From Pedobacter sp. (GTDB taxonomy: Bacteria > Bacteroidota > Bacteroidia > Sphingobacteriales > Sphingobacteriaceae): DNA of 64,000 bases. Location of the stretch: contig NZ_JBEVDX010000035.1 in the NCBI RefSeq assembly GCF_040513095.1, positions 13,768-77,767 of the forward strand, read 5' to 3'. A program made the position numbers and the translations under genes. Each line of letters opens with the position of its first letter. The first letter of the stretch is position 1. Positions 9,139-20,881 of the stretch are shown here, piece after piece. The notes under the pieces are model-generated. The model had not been told where the DNA came from and made no database searches. It saw only the letters and a list, made by a program, of their open reading frames with translations.

Positions 9139-10428
9139 ATGATCACAAGAGATAGAATGAAGACTCATTGGACAAGCCTTACCGGCAGTCCTGAAACCCA
9201 TACGCTTGAAGCGAGAATTTTTCATATTACCTGTATCTTTACTATTCTGCTTTTTAGCTGTAGTATTTTTTTTAATTATTTCATTGGTTTATATAACCTG
9301 AGCCTGCTGCTGATCCCTTCAGTGTTTGTGGCATGCGGACTGTATTATCTTTCTAAGGTCAAGTATCAGCATAGTCTTGCCGTTTTTGTGTTCTGCGTCC
9401 TTGGCAATATTTTATTTATCATTTTCTTTCTGAACAATTCTGGTATCAATGGTCCCAGTCTGGTCATATACATGCTGTTTTTCTTTCTGGTGATGAGCAT
9501 TGTGCCTGTCAGTCAGCGTTTTTTATGGGTAGCGGTGAACATTATAGTCGCGATTTTGCTGATCACCTATCAATATAAATTTCCTGAGGCTGTACCTCTG
9601 AAACACCGGGACGGGTTTAGCAGGTCTCTGGATTTTGCCTATGTTTATTTCTTTACCCTTTTGATTGTCTATTTTATTATCACCAATATTATCAACAGCC
9701 ACAACAGGGAAAAGACACTGGCAGAAAACCGGGCAGAATTGCTTGAGCTGTCCAATCAGTCGAAGAACAAATTATTTTCTATCCTGGCGCACGACCTGCG
9801 CTCGCCATTGAATTCGATCCAGAACTTTCTGGAGATGTCGCTGGAGGAGCACCTCAGTGAAACAGAGAAAAAGCTGATCCATTCCAGCCTTTTGCGTGAA
9901 ACCCGTTATACCCGTCAGATGCTGATCAACCTGCTCTCCTGGAGCAAGACTCAGATGGAAGGGGTGTCAGTGAACCTGACAGCACTCGATCTGCAGGAAA
10001 CCCTGGAGTCTACCATTTTGCTGCAGGCAAGTTTAGCGGAAGAAAAAGGGATAATAATTAATAACCTGATCCGCGAAGGTATACAGGTAACCGGAGATCA
10101 TGATATGCTGGAATTGGTTATCCGCAACCTCATCAACAATGCTATTAAGTTTACGCCTTTTGGCGGAGAGATCAATATCTCTTCAGAAGATCATGGAACT
10201 GAGTGTTGGATCAGTGTGCAGGATAATGGCGTTGGCATTACTAAATCGAATGAGCAAAATATTTTTTCACTGCAGTCTCAAAGTACTTACGGGACCAATA
10301 ATGAGAAAGGGGTAGGCCTGGGGCTGGTATTGTGCAGGGAATTTATCCTGCTGCAGCAAGGCAAAATATGGGTTGAAAGTGAACCCAACGAGGGTACCAC
10401 GTTTTTTATCAGCCTGAGGCTGGCCTGA
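9139..10428 (+). CDS. Membrane sensor histidine kinase (multi-TM N-terminus, HisKA, HATPase_c); no adjacent response regulator
   Basis: H-box FSILAHDLRSPL, N-box LINNAIKFTP and G-box GVGLGLVLCREF. About 6 TM helices at the N-terminus. Start taken at the first ATG; the track ORF begins at a TTG at 9124. Confidence 0.85.
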   Translation: MITRDRMKTHWTSLTGSPETHTLEARIFHITCIFTILLFSCSIFFNYFIGLYNLSLLLIPSVFVACGLYYLSKVKYQHSLAVFVFCVLGNILFIIFFLNNSGINGPSLVIYMLFFFLVMSIVPVSQRFLWVAVNIIVAILLITYQYKFPEAVPLKHRDGFSRSLDFAYVYFFTLLIVYFIITNIINSHNREKTLAENRAELLELSNQSKNKLFSILAHDLRSPLNSIQNFLEMSLEEHLSETEKKLIHSSLLRETRYTRQMLINLLSWSKTQMEGVSVNLTALDLQETLESTILLQASLAEEKGIIINNLIREGIQVTGDHDMLELVIRNLINNAIKFTPFGGEINISSEDHGTECWISVQDNGVGITKSNEQNIFSLQSQSTYGTNNEKGVGLGLVLCREFILLQQGKIWVESEPNEGTTFFISLRLA

Positions 10429-10507
10429 TGTATCAATTTTGCGGATTGAATTTGAATTGAGCCGTTATTTATACACCTTTGCAGCAGTTAAGACCCAGAG
10501 ATAAATT

Positions 10508-11158
10508 ATGGAAGACCAGAATGAGCTGTCGCGTTTCGGAAAAGATTTTACAGAGCGGGTTGAAAATGCGCTAAGCTGCCTCCAGGAAGGTAAAGGTGTA
10601 CTGGTTGTGGATGATGAGAGCCGTGAAAATGAAGGCGACCTGATTTTCCCGGCCGCAACAATGACCGCAGAGGATATGGCTTTGATGATCCGTACCTGTA
10701 GCGGGATTGTTTGCCTGTGTCTTACCCCTGAAAGGGCAGACCTGCTGGAACTGCCACCGATGGTCCATGTGAATACCAGTAAATACCATACTCCTTTTAC
10801 AGTAACTATTGAAGCGAAAGAGGGTGTAACTACCGGTGTTTCTGCAGCCGACAGGATTCATACGATCAGGACGGCTGTTGCGGATCATGCCAAAGCTGAT
10901 GACCTTTCAAAGCCCGGACATGTTTTTCCGTTGAGGGCTAACGCTGATGGCGTTTTTGGAAGACGCGGTCATACTGAGGGCAGTATCGATTTGATGGTTC
11001 TTGCAGGCTTAAAACCTGTGGCAGTGCTGTGCGAACTGACCAATGAAGACGGTACTATGGCACGTTTGCCGGAGATTGCCGTCTTTGCTGAAGAGCAGCG
11101 TACTACTGTAGTGTCTATTGAAGATATATTCCAGTACAGGTTGTCGCTGCAGGACTAA
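10508..11158 (+). CDS. ribB: 3,4-dihydroxy-2-butanone-4-phosphate synthase, monofunctional
   Basis: 216 aa. Near-colinear similarity to remembered E. coli RibB (RVENAL, DDExRENEGD, [30 protein letters not shown], CELTNxDGTMAR). Confidence 0.9.
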   Translation: MEDQNELSRFGKDFTERVENALSCLQEGKGVLVVDDESRENEGDLIFPAATMTAEDMALMIRTCSGIVCLCLTPERADLLELPPMVHVNTSKYHTPFTVTIEAKEGVTTGVSAADRIHTIRTAVADHAKADDLSKPGHVFPLRANADGVFGRRGHTEGSIDLMVLAGLKPVAVLCELTNEDGTMARLPEIAVFAEEQRTTVVSIEDIFQYRLSLQD

Positions 11159-12027
11159 ATTACCTTCATCAGTTCTTCCATAAATAAAACTGCCGATCTT
11201 TTCCGGTAAACGCCCTGCTGCCATAAAATTGAGGCCTGGCGGTAAAGTTCTTTTCCTGAGATTGGTATCGCAATAAGACCATCCCAGGTACTGATGGCTT
11301 TCTCATTGATAATAGTTACCCAGTTTCCTGCCTCTACCATGGAAAGCAGCGAATGCACATCATTCATCTCCAGTTTAATATTGGGAGAAATGCGGTTTTT
11401 CTTAAATATCTCCGTGAGCATGTCCCTGGAGCTGAATCCGCTGCCCTGCAGAATAAGGTCGGTTTTAGCTAAATCTTTTAAAGAGATCTTACTGAGTTTA
11501 GCCAGGGGATTATTTTTTGATACCACCATCATCACACGCGATGAAAACAGGGGCTGCATCTCCAGTCCGTCGCCATCTGTCTGTTCATGAAAGGCAAGAA
11601 TAATATCCAGATCGGCCATTCTCAGTTTATTCTCCAGTTGGCCCGCTGCGCCTGATTCTACATGGACAGTGATGCCGGGGTATTTCTCAGAAAACGGAGT
11701 AAGTGCAGGCAGGATCAGGGAGCTGAAGGAATAGGTTACCCCGATGTTGAGTTGTCCGTTCATCATGTTGGCATACTCAAACAAAGCCTGCTTGGATTTC
11801 TTGATATCCAGGATGATCTTTTGGGCATGGATGAGGAAGACAGTACCTGCTTCCGTAAGACGAACCTGCTTGCCGATACGGTCAAACAGGGGTGTGCCCA
11901 ATTCTCCTTCCAGCTGTTTGATCTGCTGGGAAAGGGTAGACTGCGTAACAAAAGAAGCTGCTGCCGCATCCGTAAAGTGAAGCAGCTCTGCTGCTTTGAT
12001 AAAATAATTGAGTTGCCTGACTTCCAT
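11155..12027 (-). CDS. LysR family transcriptional regulator
   Basis: 290 aa. N-terminal wHTH ([40 protein letters not shown]) plus a LysR substrate-binding domain. Confidence 0.9.
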   Translation of the reverse strand: MEVRQLNYFIKAAELLHFTDAAAASFVTQSTLSQQIKQLEGELGTPLFDRIGKQVRLTEAGTVFLIHAQKIILDIKKSKQALFEYANMMNGQLNIGVTYSFSSLILPALTPFSEKYPGITVHVESGAAGQLENKLRMADLDIILAFHEQTDGDGLEMQPLFSSRVMMVVSKNNPLAKLSKISLKDLAKTDLILQGSGFSSRDMLTEIFKKNRISPNIKLEMNDVHSLLSMVEAGNWVTIINEKAISTWDGLIAIPISGKELYRQASILWQQGVYRKRSAVLFMEELMKVI

Positions 12028-12059
12028 AACCGATCGTTAAAACTAATCAAAATCATTAA

Positions 12060-12082
12060 ATCTATCAATTTTATAAATAGAT
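12060..12082. promoter_or_regulatory. Interrupted dyad ATCTAT-N11-ATAGAT; candidate LysR-type (T-N11-A) operator
   Basis: Perfect 6-bp arms with an 11-nt AT-rich spacer in the LysR/MFS divergent intergenic region. Confidence 0.4.
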
Positions 12083-12125
12083 TATGATTGCCGAAATTTG
12101 TTGCTGTAATACAATACAACAAACC

Positions 12126-13340
12126 ATGACTGTTTTTCGATCACTAAAATCACGTAATTTCAAGCTCTTTTTTTATGGACAATCTATTTCCCTGATCGGG
12201 ACATGGATGCAAAAGACGGCAGTCAGCTGGCTGGTATACCAGATTACCGGTTCTGCATTGTTGCTTGGAGTAGTTGGTTTTGTGAGCCTGATCCCTTCGC
12301 TGGTTTTATCTCCCTATGCAGGTAGTCTGGTAGACAGGCACGACCGCTACAGGATTATGGTGATCACTCAGGTGATCTCTATGGTGCAGGCCGGAGTTCT
12401 TGCCGGAATGCTCTTTCTGGGATACAATAACATCCTGATGATCATTGGCCTGAGTTTGATACAGGGCATTATAAATGCCTTTGATGTTACCTGCCGCCAG
12501 TCGCTCATGGTAGAAATGGTTGATGATAAAAACGATCTTCCCAACGCTATCGCTTTAAATTCTACGATGACCAATTTTGCCCGTATTGCCGGGCCGGCTG
12601 TGGCGGGTATTATCCTGAGTACTTTCGGAACTGATGTATGTTTTATCGGTAACTTCTTAAGTTATATCCCTGTACTGGTTTGTCTGTTTATGATGAAATT
12701 ACATACGCCGGTGATTGAAAAACCTTTGAAAAGCATCTGGACTGAACTGAACGAGGGTTTTAAATATGTTTCAGGTGATAAAGAACTTAGCAGCATGCTT
12801 ACGATGCTGGCGATCAGCAGCTTGTTTGTGATGCCCTTCAATACGTTGATGCCGATTTTTGCAAAAGATATTTTTAATGGAGATGCAAAGACCTTCAGCT
12901 GGTTTGAGAGTGCTGCAGGTTTAGGATCTATTGTCAGTGCTATTTATCTGGCTAACCTGAAAAACAACAGTACGCTGATGAAACTGGTAATGATTGCAAG
13001 CGGGATACTTGGTACCAGCCTGTTATTACTTTCCTATGCGCCGCAATTGCCTGTTGCATTGCTGTTTATGGGGTTGTCTGGTGTAGGAATGATGGGCCAG
13101 AGTTCGGCGATCAACACCTATATCCAAACGCACGCTGTTCCGGAAATGAGAGGCCGTGCTATCAGTTATTATGTAATGGCTTATCAGGGACTTATTCCTG
13201 TAGGCAGCCTCTTAATCGGATGGCTGGCCCATTTAATGGGCCCAAGGCCAGCGGTACTTGTAGAGGGTTTAATTGGTTTAACTGCCACTGCTGTTTTTGT
13301 GTATTACAAGACGAGAGACATAGCAGTTAAGACAGCATAA
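12126..13340 (+). CDS. MFS transporter (MFS_3/EntS-like)
   Basis: About 12 TM helices. The N-terminus MTVFRSLKSRNFKLFFYGQSISLIGTWMQ is typical of this family. Start chosen at an internal ATG; the track ORF begins at 12084. Confidence 0.85.
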   Translation: MTVFRSLKSRNFKLFFYGQSISLIGTWMQKTAVSWLVYQITGSALLLGVVGFVSLIPSLVLSPYAGSLVDRHDRYRIMVITQVISMVQAGVLAGMLFLGYNNILMIIGLSLIQGIINAFDVTCRQSLMVEMVDDKNDLPNAIALNSTMTNFARIAGPAVAGIILSTFGTDVCFIGNFLSYIPVLVCLFMMKLHTPVIEKPLKSIWTELNEGFKYVSGDKELSSMLTMLAISSLFVMPFNTLMPIFAKDIFNGDAKTFSWFESAAGLGSIVSAIYLANLKNNSTLMKLVMIASGILGTSLLLLSYAPQLPVALLFMGLSGVGMMGQSSAINTYIQTHAVPEMRGRAISYYVMAYQGLIPVGSLLIGWLAHLMGPRPAVLVEGLIGLTATAVFVYYKTRDIAVKTA

Positions 13341-13383
13341 GTTACAGCGCTGGCTCCTTAAAAAACCAGCACTGTAAGCATTA

Positions 13384-13779
13384 TTATACTTTCAATCCTG
13401 CAAACATGCTGAACAGGATGATAAACAAAACTACGGCAGTGAGCACAATATAAAGCCTGTCCTTTTCAATGATAAAGGAAACCAGGGAAAAGAAAATGCG
13501 GACAATAGGGGTAGCGATCAGGATGACCACTCCCAGCTGTATAATCTCTGCAGCGCTGCCATTTGCAAGGCCTTTAAGAATACCTGTGAGACTTGTATAA
13601 CCTGCCGGCTCGCCATTAAATGTAGTATAATGCGGTGACCCGGAACCCTTCTGGTACAGGTACCAGATCCCACCGATGATGGCTACGGATCCTGATATAA
13701 ATACCCCTAACCTGAGTACCTGCCCGATCAGCTGCTCCATATCATAATCGGTCATTTTTTTATTTTCGTTGTTTGTCAT
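13384..13779 (-). CDS. DUF1634 domain membrane protein
   Basis: 131 aa with 3-4 TM helices. Immediately downstream of a TauE/SafE gene, which is the usual pairing. Confidence 0.7.
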   Translation of the reverse strand: MTNNENKKMTDYDMEQLIGQVLRLGVFISGSVAIIGGIWYLYQKGSGSPHYTTFNGEPAGYTSLTGILKGLANGSAAEIIQLGVVILIATPIVRIFFSLVSFIIEKDRLYIVLTAVVLFIILFSMFAGLKV

Positions 13780-13784
13780 GATGT

Positions 13785-14618
13785 TTAGAATTTATGGTTC
13801 AAACCATTGTAGATCATATTCAGCGCTATCAGCGTGATCGCTGCGCTAAAGATGATTTTAAGTGAGCTGACATTGATCTTCATCAATAATTTTGATCCGG
13901 TAAATGCCCCGGCCAGTACGCCAATGATGACCGGGAATGCAATTCCGGGATCAATATATCCTCTCTGCAGGTAAACTACAGCACTTGCAGCGGCAGTAAC
14001 ACCAACCATGAAATTACTGGTAGTAGTACTCACCCTGAAGGGTACTTTCATAGCGGTATCCATCGCCAGAACTTTCAGTGCGCCCGAACCGATGCCCAGC
14101 AAACCGGAAAGCATACCTGCGACGGTCATGATCGAAAATCCGGCACCGACGTTGGTCAGTTTATAATCTACTATTCCCTCTTTCGTAGGATAAGAACTGT
14201 TGAGCTTGAGTTTGTAAGACCACTTGCTTCCTGTCAGTAGGGCTGCCTCGCTTTTCTTCCTCAGCGTCATTGCTGCTGAAAAGATGAGCATGACGCCAAA
14301 CAGGATCGCAACAATATTTACGGGGGTATATATGGCAAGGATAGCGCCTATTACCGCTCCCATTGTAGTCGCGATTTCGAGGAACATTCCCAGGCGGACA
14401 TTGGTAATCCCCTCCTTAACGTAAGCACTTGCAGAACCGGATGAAGTAGCAATTGAGGCCACCAATGCAGCGCCAATGGCATAACGTATGTCTACATGGA
14501 AGAACAGTGTAAGCAATGGAATGATCACCACACCGCCTCCAAGGCCGGTAAGAGAGCCGGCCAGTCCCGCAAGATAGGCGCCCAGTAATAGGATCAGGGT
14601 AAAAGTGAAAATAGTCAT
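13785..14618 (-). CDS. Sulfite exporter TauE/SafE family anion permease
   Basis: 277 aa. Gly-rich TM helices in an internally duplicated architecture typical of TauE/SafE. Confidence 0.85.
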   Translation of the reverse strand: MTIFTFTLILLLGAYLAGLAGSLTGLGGGVVIIPLLTLFFHVDIRYAIGAALVASIATSSGSASAYVKEGITNVRLGMFLEIATTMGAVIGAILAIYTPVNIVAILFGVMLIFSAAMTLRKKSEAALLTGSKWSYKLKLNSSYPTKEGIVDYKLTNVGAGFSIMTVAGMLSGLLGIGSGALKVLAMDTAMKVPFRVSTTTSNFMVGVTAAASAVVYLQRGYIDPGIAFPVIIGVLAGAFTGSKLLMKINVSSLKIIFSAAITLIALNMIYNGLNHKF

Positions 14619-14624
14619 GGTGTA

Positions 14625-15263
14625 TTAATAATTGTGGTGTAAGATACTTTTTAAAAGTTGTTCTGCCGACTTCTGGTCTTTATTTGCAATGGCAGCAGCG
14701 AGATCCTCGTGTGATTGCTGGTTGCGCTGAAAATGTTCGATGCTTTGCTCTCTTGTAGAAAAGAAGTCGTGCAGTACCAGGCTGAAGTTTTCATACAGAT
14801 CAGACAGCACCTGGTTGCCTGAAGCTTTTGCGATAGCAATGTGGAAAGCAATATCAGTATCCGCACACTTTTTCAGCTGACTGGCTTCGATGGCTTTTTT
14901 CCGCTGGATCAGCAGTTCCTGCATTAGTTCCACATGAGCAGTTGTGCGCTTTGAACAGGCGAGGCGGACAATTTCATTCTCGAGCACGGCACGTACAGTA
15001 TTCAGTTCCTCATAATCAGCCCTGCGCAAACGCTGGGTAAGAGACTCGTCTTTAATTTTTGAGGCGACGATGGTTCCCGATCCCTGCTGTACTTTGAGTA
15101 TACCAGAAATGGCCAGGGTTTTTATGGCTTCTCTAATGGTAGAACGCCCAACCTGGTAAAATTCCATGAGTTCCGGTTCAGCAGGAATCTTATCTCCCTT
15201 TTTTAACCGGCCTGACGAGATATCCTTCTTGATACCCGCAATCACTTTGTCTGAAAGATTCAT
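14625..15263 (-). CDS. GntR family transcriptional regulator (FadR/FCD subfamily)
   Basis: wHTH (LKKGDKIPAEPELMEFYQVGRSTIREAIKTL) plus an all-helical C-terminal FCD-like domain. Start placed at the ATG at 15263, because the upstream extension to 15317 is occupied by the palindrome array. Confidence 0.85.
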   Translation of the reverse strand: MNLSDKVIAGIKKDISSGRLKKGDKIPAEPELMEFYQVGRSTIREAIKTLAISGILKVQQGSGTIVASKIKDESLTQRLRRADYEELNTVRAVLENEIVRLACSKRTTAHVELMQELLIQRKKAIEASQLKKCADTDIAFHIAIAKASGNQVLSDLYENFSLVLHDFFSTREQSIEHFQRNQQSHEDLAAAIANKDQKSAEQLLKSILHHNY

Positions 15264-15277
15264 ATTTTTATGTTTGT

Positions 15278-15428
15278 AAACATCTGATGTATCTGCAATA
15301 AACATCTGACGTTTCAAAGGTGTGAATTATTATTGAAACATCTGATGTTTTACTGATAATTGTTACATATTAAAGACTGGGTTCAGCATCATATCGGATA
15401 TGTAATTGTATCAAGACATCAAGATGTC
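15278..15428. promoter_or_regulatory. Array of ACATC-N(1-2)-GATGT palindromes; candidate GntR operators
   Basis: AAACATCTGATGTAT at 15278-15292, AAACATCTGACGTTT at 15300-15314, AAACATCTGATGTTT at 15336-15350 (perfect 15-mer), CATATCGGATATG at 15390-15402 and GACATCAAGATGTC at 15415-15428. Confidence 0.5.
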
Positions 15429-15504
15429 CTGACATAAAAAGATGTTATGCCTTCCGATTTTTTTACTAATAGTTTCTTTTTACAGGATATAATTTATAGG
15501 TTTA

Positions 15505-15585
15505 CAAAAACTTTAGGGGTGCCTTGCGCTGAGATATACCCTTTGAACCTGATGCAGTTAGTACTGCCGAAGGGAAAAGTAAGGC
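15505..15585 (+). promoter_or_regulatory. TPP (THI-box) riboswitch aptamer
   Basis: AGGGGUGC...CUGAGA...ACCCUUUGAACCUGAU...GCCGAAGGGAAAAG matches the TPP riboswitch core. Located about 70 nt upstream of thiS. Confidence 0.9.
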
Positions 15586-15651
15586 AATATCCGATTGTCT
15601 TTTTCCTCTCCTGTTACAGGTCATTCCTATCGTTCAAAAAAAAATGAAAAG

Positions 15652-15855
15652 ATGGAAATTACTGTAAACAACCAACCCCTTACGCTTGATGGTCCCTCTT
15701 CTGTGTCGCAGTTGCTTACCGCTGTTTTACAGGTTCCGGGAACCGGGATCGCTGTAGCTGTTAACCAGGCTATCGTATCGAAATCTGACTGGCCGGAACA
15801 TGTGCTCCGCCAGGGTGATCAGGTTGTCCTCATTAAAGCCACGCAAGGGGGCTAA
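15652..15855 (+). CDS. thiS: Sulfur carrier protein ThiS
   Basis: 67 aa with a ubiquitin-like fold pattern, ending in GG. First gene after the TPP riboswitch. Confidence 0.85.
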   Translation: MEITVNNQPLTLDGPSSVSQLLTAVLQVPGTGIAVAVNQAIVSKSDWPEHVLRQGDQVVLIKATQGG

Positions 15856-15881
15856 TCCGCTTTTCCGCTTAATAATTTTAA

Positions 15882-17774
<1,893 letters not shown>

Positions 17775-17780
17775 GGATAC

Positions 17781-18353
17781 ATGGAGCTCATAGTAGTCAC
17801 ACAGCCGGATTATTTTGAATGCGAAGCTGAGCTGATCAATCAGTTTTTTGCTGAGGGACTGCGCTTGCTGCATATCAGGAAACCAGATAATGACGCTGTC
17901 AAATTCAGGTCGCTGATGAAGGGGATTGACCCGGAATATTATCCCTTAATCTCTATTCATCAGCACCATGAACTTGCAGTAGAATTTGGCATCAGGCGCT
18001 TACATTTTAAAGAGCAGCAGCGCAGGGCGCTATCGGATGATGGGTTTTGTCTGAGCAGTTCTGTGCATGATCCGGCGGAGCTTTCAAAGCTGAATGGTTT
18101 CAGTTATGTTTTCTTCGGGCCTGTGTTTAACAGTATCTCTAAAACGGGTTATAATACTGTGCTGCCGGATGACTTTGTTTTACCCGATCATCTGCTGAAG
18201 GTATTTGCAATAGGGGGTGTGGAGGCAGGGAAACTGCAGCAGCTACAACAAATGAATTTTGATGGGGCTGCTGTACTGGGTAGCATCTGGCTTTCAGATT
18301 CGCCCCTCAAAGAATTGCGAAATTTGATAAAATCAACCAATGATCATAGATAA
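17781..18353 (+). CDS. Thiamine-phosphate synthase-like protein (divergent ThiE/TenI paralog)
   Basis: 190 aa TIM-barrel ThiE/TenI-like sequence (LLHIRKPD, FFGPVFNSISK, AIGGV). Lies directly upstream of a canonical thiE. Confidence 0.7.
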   Translation: MELIVVTQPDYFECEAELINQFFAEGLRLLHIRKPDNDAVKFRSLMKGIDPEYYPLISIHQHHELAVEFGIRRLHFKEQQRRALSDDGFCLSSSVHDPAELSKLNGFSYVFFGPVFNSISKTGYNTVLPDDFVLPDHLLKVFAIGGVEAGKLQQLQQMNFDGAAVLGSIWLSDSPLKELRNLIKSTNDHR

Positions 18354-18960
18354 ACTACATTATATCTCTCAGGCAGCAGCTCAGGGTTCCCACCTGGCAG
18401 CCATAGAGAAAGTACTTAAGAAGGGTGGGAAATGGATACAGCTGCGTGTCAAAGAACAGGCGGAAGAAGAAGTTCTGGAACTGGCCATGGAAGCCAGGCT
18501 GCTTTGTAGTGCATACAACGCAAAACTGATCATCAATGACTATCCGCGGATAGCGCTGGAGGTCGGGGCTTATGGAGTACATCTGGGTCTGGATGATATG
18601 CCTGTCCCGGAAGCCAGGGCAATTCTGGGCCATTCCAAATGCATTGGTGGTACTGCCAATACATTCGGTGATATTCTCAGAAGAGCAGCTGAAGGTGTGG
18701 ATTATATAGGACTGGGTCCATACTGTTTTACCACAACCAAGAAGAATTTGAGTCCTGTCCTGGGACTGGAAGGGTACTGTCGTATCCTGCAACAGATGGA
18801 TAAAGCGGGTATAGCTATACCTGTCATCGCGATAGGTGGGATCGGACTGCCTGATATAGACCTTTTGTTGTCTGCAGGGGTCCATGGTATTGCAGTTTCG
18901 GGATTATTAACAGGAAGTAACAATTTAAACGAAGATTTTTATGTTCAGTATAGCAGATAA
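18340..18960 (+). CDS. thiE: Thiamine-phosphate synthase
   Basis: 206 aa with LHYISQ, WIQLRVK, GVHLG, IGLGPY..TTTK and AIGGI motifs. Overlaps the upstream paralog by 14 nt. Confidence 0.85.
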   Translation: MIIDKLHYISQAAAQGSHLAAIEKVLKKGGKWIQLRVKEQAEEEVLELAMEARLLCSAYNAKLIINDYPRIALEVGAYGVHLGLDDMPVPEARAILGHSKCIGGTANTFGDILRRAAEGVDYIGLGPYCFTTTKKNLSPVLGLEGYCRILQQMDKAGIAIPVIAIGGIGLPDIDLLLSAGVHGIAVSGLLTGSNNLNEDFYVQYSR

Positions 18961-19708
18961 AGTATTTGGCTCCCGTTTACTGACGGGTACGGGGAAATTT
19001 AATTCAGCGGTGCTGATGGAGGAAGCACTGCTGGCCTCCGGTTCTGAACTGGTTACAGTAGCTTTGAAACGGGTAGACCTGAAAAGCCAGGACGATGACA
19101 TTTTGAATCACCTGAAGCATTCACATATCAGTTTGCTGCCCAATACTTCGGGTGTGCGCAATGCCAGAGAAGCAGTTTTTGCCGCAGAGCTGGCAAGGGA
19201 AGCGCTGGAAACCAACTGGCTGAAACTGGAAATTCATCCTGATCCCAAATACCTGATGCCCGATCCGATTGAGACATTAAAGGCAACGGAAGAACTGGCA
19301 AAGCTGGGATTTATCATTCTGCCCTATATCCATGCAGATCCGGTTTTATGCAAGCGGCTGGAAGATGCAGGAACAGCTGCGGTAATGCCGCTGGGATCTC
19401 CCATCGGCAGTAACAAAGGATTAAAGACAATAGATTTTCTGGAGATCATCATCAGTCAGAGTAACGTTCCTGTAATTGTTGATGCAGGTATAGGCACGCC
19501 CTCAGATGCTGCCCGCGCAATGGAAATTGGTGCGGATGCAGTTCTTGTCAATACGGCCATTGCAGTTTCAGGTGATCCTGTACGGATGGCGGAGGCTTTT
19601 AAGATCGCTGTCATTGCCGGCAGGATGGCCTTTGAAGCAAAGTTGGGTGCTATCAGTTCACAGGCTGCTGCAAGCAGTCCTTTAACTTCTTTTCTGGATG
19701 AGCTTTAA
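18941..19708 (+). CDS. thiG: Thiazole synthase ThiG
   Basis: 255 aa with [21 protein letters not shown] and IVDAGIG motifs. Confidence 0.95.
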   Translation: MFSIADKVFGSRLLTGTGKFNSAVLMEEALLASGSELVTVALKRVDLKSQDDDILNHLKHSHISLLPNTSGVRNAREAVFAAELAREALETNWLKLEIHPDPKYLMPDPIETLKATEELAKLGFIILPYIHADPVLCKRLEDAGTAAVMPLGSPIGSNKGLKTIDFLEIIISQSNVPVIVDAGIGTPSDAARAMEIGADAVLVNTAIAVSGDPVRMAEAFKIAVIAGRMAFEAKLGAISSQAAASSPLTSFLDEL

Positions 19709-20807
19709 TGAACTTTTTGATACTTACAGCTGGGAGCAGACCAGTAAAAGTATCTATGCAAAGAATGCTTTAGATGTAGAGTCCGCTCTTGCAAAAAAAA
19801 TGCGGACGCTTGAGGATTTCAAGGCGCTGATCTCCCCGGCTGCCGCTCCTTACCTGGAGCAGATGGCGCAGCTGAGCAGGGCGCTGACGCTTAAAAGGTT
19901 TGGTAAAGTGATGCAGTTATATGTTCCGCTTTATCTTTCCAATGAATGCAATAATATCTGTACTTACTGTGGCTTTAGTTTCGATAATAAGGTAAGGCGC
20001 AAAACATTATCACCAATGGAGATCATGCAGGAAGTGGCAGCCATCAAAGAGATGGGGTATGACCATGTGCTGCTGGTAACAGGAGAAGCCAATCAGACCG
20101 TACATACAGATTATTTTAAAAAAGTGCTGGAACTGATCGGTCCGCATTTTTCCCATATTTCGATGGAGGTACAGCCTATGGATCTGGAGGATTATCAGGA
20201 ACTGATTCCGCTGGGCCTGAATACTGTGCTGGTCTATCAGGAAACCTATCACCGCGAAGATTACAGAAAACATCATCCAAAGGGCAAGAAATCAAATTTT
20301 GAATACAGGTTAGAGACGCCGGACAGGTTAGGTGCCGCAGGGATTCATAAAATGGGATTGGGTGTACTGATCGGGCTGGAAGACTGGCGCACAGATTCTT
20401 TCTTTACCGCTTTGCACCTTGGTTACCTGGAGAAAAAATACTGGAAGAGCAAGTATAGTTTGTCTTTTCCGCGGCTGCGGCCCTTTAGCGGGGGCCTGGA
20501 GCCAAAAGTGGAAATGACAGACAGGGAGCTGGTGCAGCTGATCTGTGCTTACCGGCTGCTGAATGAAGAGGTAGAGCTTTCAATTTCTACACGGGAATCT
20601 ACTGTGTTCCGTGACCATATCGTTAACCTCGGGATTACAGCAATCAGTGCCGGTTCAAAGACTAATCCGGGAGGGTATGCAGTGGAGCCGGAATCTCTGG
20701 AACAGTTTGAAATCTCGGATGAACGGAATCCTGCGCTGATCGCGGAGATGTTGCGGAGGCAGGGCTATGAGCCGGTTTGGAAGGATTGGGACAATAGTTT
20801 GACCTAA
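19698..20807 (+). CDS. thiH: 2-iminoacetate synthase ThiH (radical SAM tyrosine lyase)
   Basis: 369 aa with the radical-SAM motif [10 protein letters not shown] and ThiH-like sequence throughout. Confidence 0.93.
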   Translation: MSFNELFDTYSWEQTSKSIYAKNALDVESALAKKMRTLEDFKALISPAAAPYLEQMAQLSRALTLKRFGKVMQLYVPLYLSNECNNICTYCGFSFDNKVRRKTLSPMEIMQEVAAIKEMGYDHVLLVTGEANQTVHTDYFKKVLELIGPHFSHISMEVQPMDLEDYQELIPLGLNTVLVYQETYHREDYRKHHPKGKKSNFEYRLETPDRLGAAGIHKMGLGVLIGLEDWRTDSFFTALHLGYLEKKYWKSKYSLSFPRLRPFSGGLEPKVEMTDRELVQLICAYRLLNEEVELSISTRESTVFRDHIVNLGITAISAGSKTNPGGYAVEPESLEQFEISDERNPALIAEMLRRQGYEPVWKDWDNSLT

Positions 20808-20881
20808 ACTTCAGATCTGAGTGTAATTTAAAACAATTTTAAAACGGACAGTGTTAGCCTGTTAAAAGCTGTTTTTCTGTT

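Noticed and set aside
10429-10507. An expected FMN riboswitch upstream of ribB.
   Set aside because: The intergenic region is only 79 nt and contains none of the conserved FMN-aptamer segments.
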